Positions 60,689 through 64,000 of a stretch of DNA of 64,000 nucleotides are shown here, one piece after another. The translations under genes were made by a program, and so were the position numbers. Origin of the DNA: Bacteroidales bacterium (GTDB lineage Bacteria > Bacteroidota > Bacteroidia > Bacteroidales > VadinHA17). The stretch lies in assembly GCA_036743455.1 (NCBI GenBank), contig DAINPM010000001.1, positions 30,044 through 94,043 of the forward strand, given 5' to 3'. Position 1 is the stretch's first letter, and every line of letters starts with the position of its first letter. Below the pieces are notes generated by a model, which had not been told where the DNA came from, ran no database searches, and saw only the letters and a program-made list of their open reading frames with translations.

Positions 60689-61819
60689 CTATTCAACAGA
60701 AAACCTGTAAACAGTCTGTGATGTAAATGTTTCTCCTGGATTAAGTGTAGTTGACGGAAAATCAGGATGATTAGGACTATCGGGATAATGGCCTGTCTCC
60801 AGACAAAGGCCGGAACGATGTATGTAGGGTTTCCCTCCATGACCTTTCTGAGAACTGTCAAGGAAATTTCCGCTGTAGAACTGGACACCGGGCTGATCAC
60901 TCAGTACCTCCAATACACGGCCACTGACCGGATCAAATACCCTGGCGTCATACTCCCTGTCACTGTTCAGTACAAATGTATGGTCATATCCTCCTCCGAT
61001 TACAAGTTGGTCATAGTCTTCATTGATCCTTTCACCAACTTTACGTGGACTGGTGAAATCGAAAGGAGTACCTGCAACAGGACGTAGTTCTCCTGTTGGT
61101 ATAAGCCCCGAATCAACCGGAACGAATCTGTCTGCATTAATTGTAACTTCATGATCCAGAATATCTCCGTTACCTGCACCATGCAGGTTAAAATAAGCAT
61201 GATTTGTAATATTCAGGACAGTCTTTTTATCGGTGACACATTTGTAATCAATCACTATCTCATTATTATCTGTCCAGGTATATGTTGCCTCAACATTCAT
61301 GTTGCCGGGAAAACCGGCTTCCATGTCAGGGCTATGATAAGTAAACCTGACTGTAGGCACATCTGCATTCTCAGGGACTTCGGCGTCCCATACAACACTA
61401 TGCCATCCTTCCGGACCGCCATGAAGAGTATTATCTCCGTCATTAACCGGAAGTGTATATTCTGTACCATCGAGTGTAAATTTTCCTTTTGCAATCCTGT
61501 TGGCATAACGGCCAACAACTGATCCGAAATAAGGATCTCCATTTATCATTCCCTCGAAAGTATCATATCCAAAGGTTATGTTTTCTTTTCTCCCTGATCT
61601 GTCAGGTACTTCAATCCAGGTAATCCTGGCTCCAAAACTGGTCAATTTTACAACATTGCCATTCTTATTAGTCAGAGTAAAAAGAAAAACATCCTTACCC
61701 TTAAAGACTCCAAAATTTTCTTTCTTTACCATTTCTTTATTTTTTGATGATTGTCTGCAGGAACTTAAACTAATACTTCCAATTATCACTATGAGTGAAA
61801 ATAATACTATTCTTTTCAT
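60689..61819 (-). CDS. galM: Aldose 1-epimerase (galactose mutarotase), lipoprotein
   Basis: Lipoprotein signal (SISLSSCRQ). NTLHGGPEGW, TNHAYFNL, CLETGHYPDSPNHP. Confidence 0.9.
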   Translation of the reverse strand: MKRIVLFSLIVIIGSISLSSCRQSSKNKEMVKKENFGVFKGKDVFLFTLTNKNGNVVKLTSFGARITWIEVPDRSGRKENITFGYDTFEGMINGDPYFGSVVGRYANRIAKGKFTLDGTEYTLPVNDGDNTLHGGPEGWHSVVWDAEVPENADVPTVRFTYHSPDMEAGFPGNMNVEATYTWTDNNEIVIDYKCVTDKKTVLNITNHAYFNLHGAGNGDILDHEVTINADRFVPVDSGLIPTGELRPVAGTPFDFTSPRKVGERINEDYDQLVIGGGYDHTFVLNSDREYDARVFDPVSGRVLEVLSDQPGVQFYSGNFLDSSQKGHGGKPYIHRSGLCLETGHYPDSPNHPDFPSTTLNPGETFTSQTVYRFSVE

Positions 61820-61856
61820 AACAGTTATAGATTTATTTCTGCTAATTTAATAAACT

Positions 61857-63005
61857 TTATTGATTGAGATCAACCTCCGCCTCTATTTCCATCAGTAAAT
61901 CATCACGACATATATCCGCTTCAATAAACACAGCCGGGATATCAGGAAATATCTGCCTGCATATTCCCTTAACTGTCTCAAAATCACTCTGGTATTTTAT
62001 ATAAACTCTTAACAAAGAAAAGTTCTCATTTGAGAATTGCTGCTGGCCGGCAATATCATTCAAAAAAGCTGTATCAGTAAGTCTCTGGATATTTTTTATG
62101 GTTATAAGGCTCTGTTCATAAACATCTTTACCCACTGTAAGCTGTCCTTTTATTGCTGCTGTACCTGATATATGAAGACAAGAGTACTGCTTCCCCGAAA
62201 TCAGCAGGGCACGTTCAAACTGAGGAGGGTGTTTTTTAGTTTTCGCTTTCCCTGCAACACCTTTCAAAACATCCTGCCCGTATTTGTAAGCCCTTACCTG
62301 TTCAGGATTATCGACGGGGATAATTGAATCATTAGTCTGTAAAGCACTGAAATCAAGGATTACATTGCCAATTTTCATTCCCACCCCTGTCGCTGCCGGA
62401 TACCATGAAACATTTCTGTAAGCTGAGTAAAAATCATTTCTCACTTCATTAAATTTCTGATAGTTCTGTAAACCATCATTAACCGAAAGAATATTTCCAA
62501 TGTAATTCCATTGCCGTACCACATTGTTCAAGGACATATCTGCTTTCTCCAGCAGCCCTCTCATTACTTCAAAAGCTGCTGATGCATCACGAAAGGTGTC
62601 ATCACAGTATTGGTACCTGCTGACACCGGCTGACCAAAGTTCTTTTCCGCTTTCCGTTTCCAGGATAATATACGGGATACCCTCATATTCATCATGGATA
62701 ATATTCCTCACAGAACCCGGAGAAATACAGGTGGCTTCAAGGACAATTTTCCATGGTCTTTGCGGAGGATGAACAGTCAGGTTAAATGCAGGAATGTCAG
62801 ATCCGAAAAGAGTATAAAGAGAATTATGGATTTGTGAGCGGAATTCAAGAAAACTGTTATAATCCGGCAGATCTGCAAAAATATTCAGTTTTATAAGAAA
62901 ATAATCCTGAAGGATTGAAGCTTCAATTTTTTTTAAACATTCATCCAATTCTTCTGTTATACTGCCTTTTGAATCCGGATAAAAAATATAATAAAACTTA
63001 CGCAT
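61857..63005 (-). CDS. RidA/YjgF-fold tandem-domain protein, chorismatase (FkbO/Hyg5/XanB2)-like
   Basis: VVRQWNYIGNI...YQKFNEVRNDFY and HISGTAAIKGQLTV...EQSLITIKNIQRL resemble my recollection of chorismatase-family motifs (R.WNYI..I....Y..FN..R and ISGTASI.G). No signal peptide. Unverified. Confidence 0.4.
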   Translation of the reverse strand: MRKFYYIFYPDSKGSITEELDECLKKIEASILQDYFLIKLNIFADLPDYNSFLEFRSQIHNSLYTLFGSDIPAFNLTVHPPQRPWKIVLEATCISPGSVRNIIHDEYEGIPYIILETESGKELWSAGVSRYQYCDDTFRDASAAFEVMRGLLEKADMSLNNVVRQWNYIGNILSVNDGLQNYQKFNEVRNDFYSAYRNVSWYPAATGVGMKIGNVILDFSALQTNDSIIPVDNPEQVRAYKYGQDVLKGVAGKAKTKKHPPQFERALLISGKQYSCLHISGTAAIKGQLTVGKDVYEQSLITIKNIQRLTDTAFLNDIAGQQQFSNENFSLLRVYIKYQSDFETVKGICRQIFPDIPAVFIEADICRDDLLMEIEAEVDLNQ

Positions 63006-63067
63006 AAAAGAAATCTGCCTTTTACGTCAAAAATAACAATTTTTGCCACTGTGAAAAAACCGGAAAG

Positions 63068-64000
63068 TCATTTTGTCTCCGGAATGCCAATATTTGACAT
63101 GCCTTCCTCTGTAACCGGAAGCCATACCATCATCTGGCCCGGACCACGGTTATTCCAGTAAGCATACGGTATGAGTGTAACTGTTTCCGGATCCGATTTC
63201 TCTATTCTCCCTTTATCCTTCCTTACAGTCTGACAGCCGGTTGTCCTAACCACCTGTACGCCCTCAAGCAACTCCGGAAGGTATTCTGTGGTGAGGGGAG
63301 CATTATCATCAATAAGCAGGTTAAGAATATTCCCATTATTATTATCAGGCCATTCGGCACAATATATTACAGGACCTCTCTGGACAGCTATTCTCCCACG
63401 GTTATCTGAAATACGTTCATCAGCTATAACCTTCCTTACCGGCATCGGGAAGTCTATAAGTATACTGTCGCCTTTTCTCCATTTCCTTTCAATACGTGCA
63501 TATCCGTTCTCAATATCAAAATTGCAACTGGCTCCATTAACAAGTATTTTATATGATTCGTCATTGCTATCCGTAAATCTGTACAGATTTCCAGGGATTG
63601 CTTCATTGACTACCCAACCGGGGATTCTCAACATTATTGAAAACGTTGCATCCTTATCAGGAGAAACAGACATCTCCACTTTACCATTCCATGGGAACCC
63701 TGTTTTCTGTGATATATTTATTTTATTGCTGTTTACAACAATATCAGCATCATTGGAAACGAATAGACTTACGTACAGATCCTTCTCTTTAACACCATAT
63801 ATGTATCCCGGTATGGCAGGAATAAAGCGTGCTATATTTGAAGGGCAACAGGCACAGCCGAACCATGGACTTCTCTGATGCTGACCTGCCGATTCAAGAG
63901 GATTAGGGTAGAAAAATCTGTCAGCTGAAAGAGAGACCCCCGACAACATGGCATTGTAAAGAGTTTTTTCCAGTATATCCATATACTTTCCGTCTCCGTG
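63068..64000 (-). CDS. GH127 beta-L-arabinofuranosidase (DUF1680) family, C-terminal part (5' end outside the window)
   Basis: The frame is open to the window edge (HGDGKY precedes the track's Met). YNAMLSGVSLSADRFFYPNPL and the Cys-rich PWFGCACCPSNIARF motif are characteristic of GH127. Confidence 0.85.
   Translation of the reverse strand, partial: HGDGKYMDILEKTLYNAMLSGVSLSADRFFYPNPLESAGQHQRSPWFGCACCPSNIARFIPAIPGYIYGVKEKDLYVSLFVSNDADIVVNSNKINISQKTGFPWNGKVEMSVSPDKDATFSIMLRIPGWVVNEAIPGNLYRFTDSNDESYKILVNGASCNFDIENGYARIERKWRKGDSILIDFPMPVRKVIADERISDNRGRIAVQRGPVIYCAEWPDNNNGNILNLLIDDNAPLTTEYLPELLEGVQVVRTTGCQTVRKDKGRIEKSDPETVTLIPYAYWNNRGPGQMMVWLPVTEEGMSNIGIPETK

Noticed and set aside
63288-63878. 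196-aa plus-strand ORF antisense to the GH127 gene; similar long antisense ORFs at 59198-59719, 17587-18108, 6396-6857, 51342-51794 and 55991-56548
   Set aside because: Each is fully or mostly nested opposite a gene with clear family motifs. Their compositions are Ser/Leu/Ile/Phe-rich and codon-shadow-like, and no promoter motif lies in front of them.

Overview
Gene-dense, AT-rich chromosomal segment that reads as core genome of a Bacteroidota organism, probably an anaerobic member of the Bacteroidia. Lineage evidence: a T9SS C-terminal sorting domain, a GldB-like lipoprotein, DUF1573/DUF4294/DUF5686 families, a MurF-Alr fusion, a LemA-TPM-TPM operon and TAnnTTTG -7 promoter motifs. Anaerobe hints: a clostridial-type ferredoxin, formate-THF ligase and a methylmalonyl/propionyl-CoA carboxyltransferase. 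I call 52 protein-coding genes. Two fall below the ORF-track size cutoff: a 55-aa 2x[4Fe-4S] ferredoxin at 8267-8434 and rpmH at 28719-28874. Two are truncated by the window edges. I also call 3 intrinsic terminators and 9 candidate promoters. Several track ORFs start at TTG/GTG upstream of a better ATG, and I trimmed them. I see no rRNA, tRNA, CRISPR array, transposase/integrase, prophage or recognisable defence genes, and no non-coding gap longer than about 280 nt. I therefore cannot point to a clear-cut novel system. The best candidates are: (1) a three-gene cluster made only of function-unknown families (URO-D-like, PmoA/DUF6807-like, oxidoreductase-C lipoprotein) at 36936-40715; (2) an Omp85-like barrel fused to a TolB-like propeller at 4848-8123; (3) an orphan chorismatase-like RidA-fold protein inside a glycan-catabolism run at 56102-64000. 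Sequence-level oddities include a Tgt lacking all three zinc-site cysteines, a DnaB with an SSB-like acidic C-terminal tip, and convergent genes whose stop codons abut. All family assignments rest on motif recognition by eye, not on database searches.
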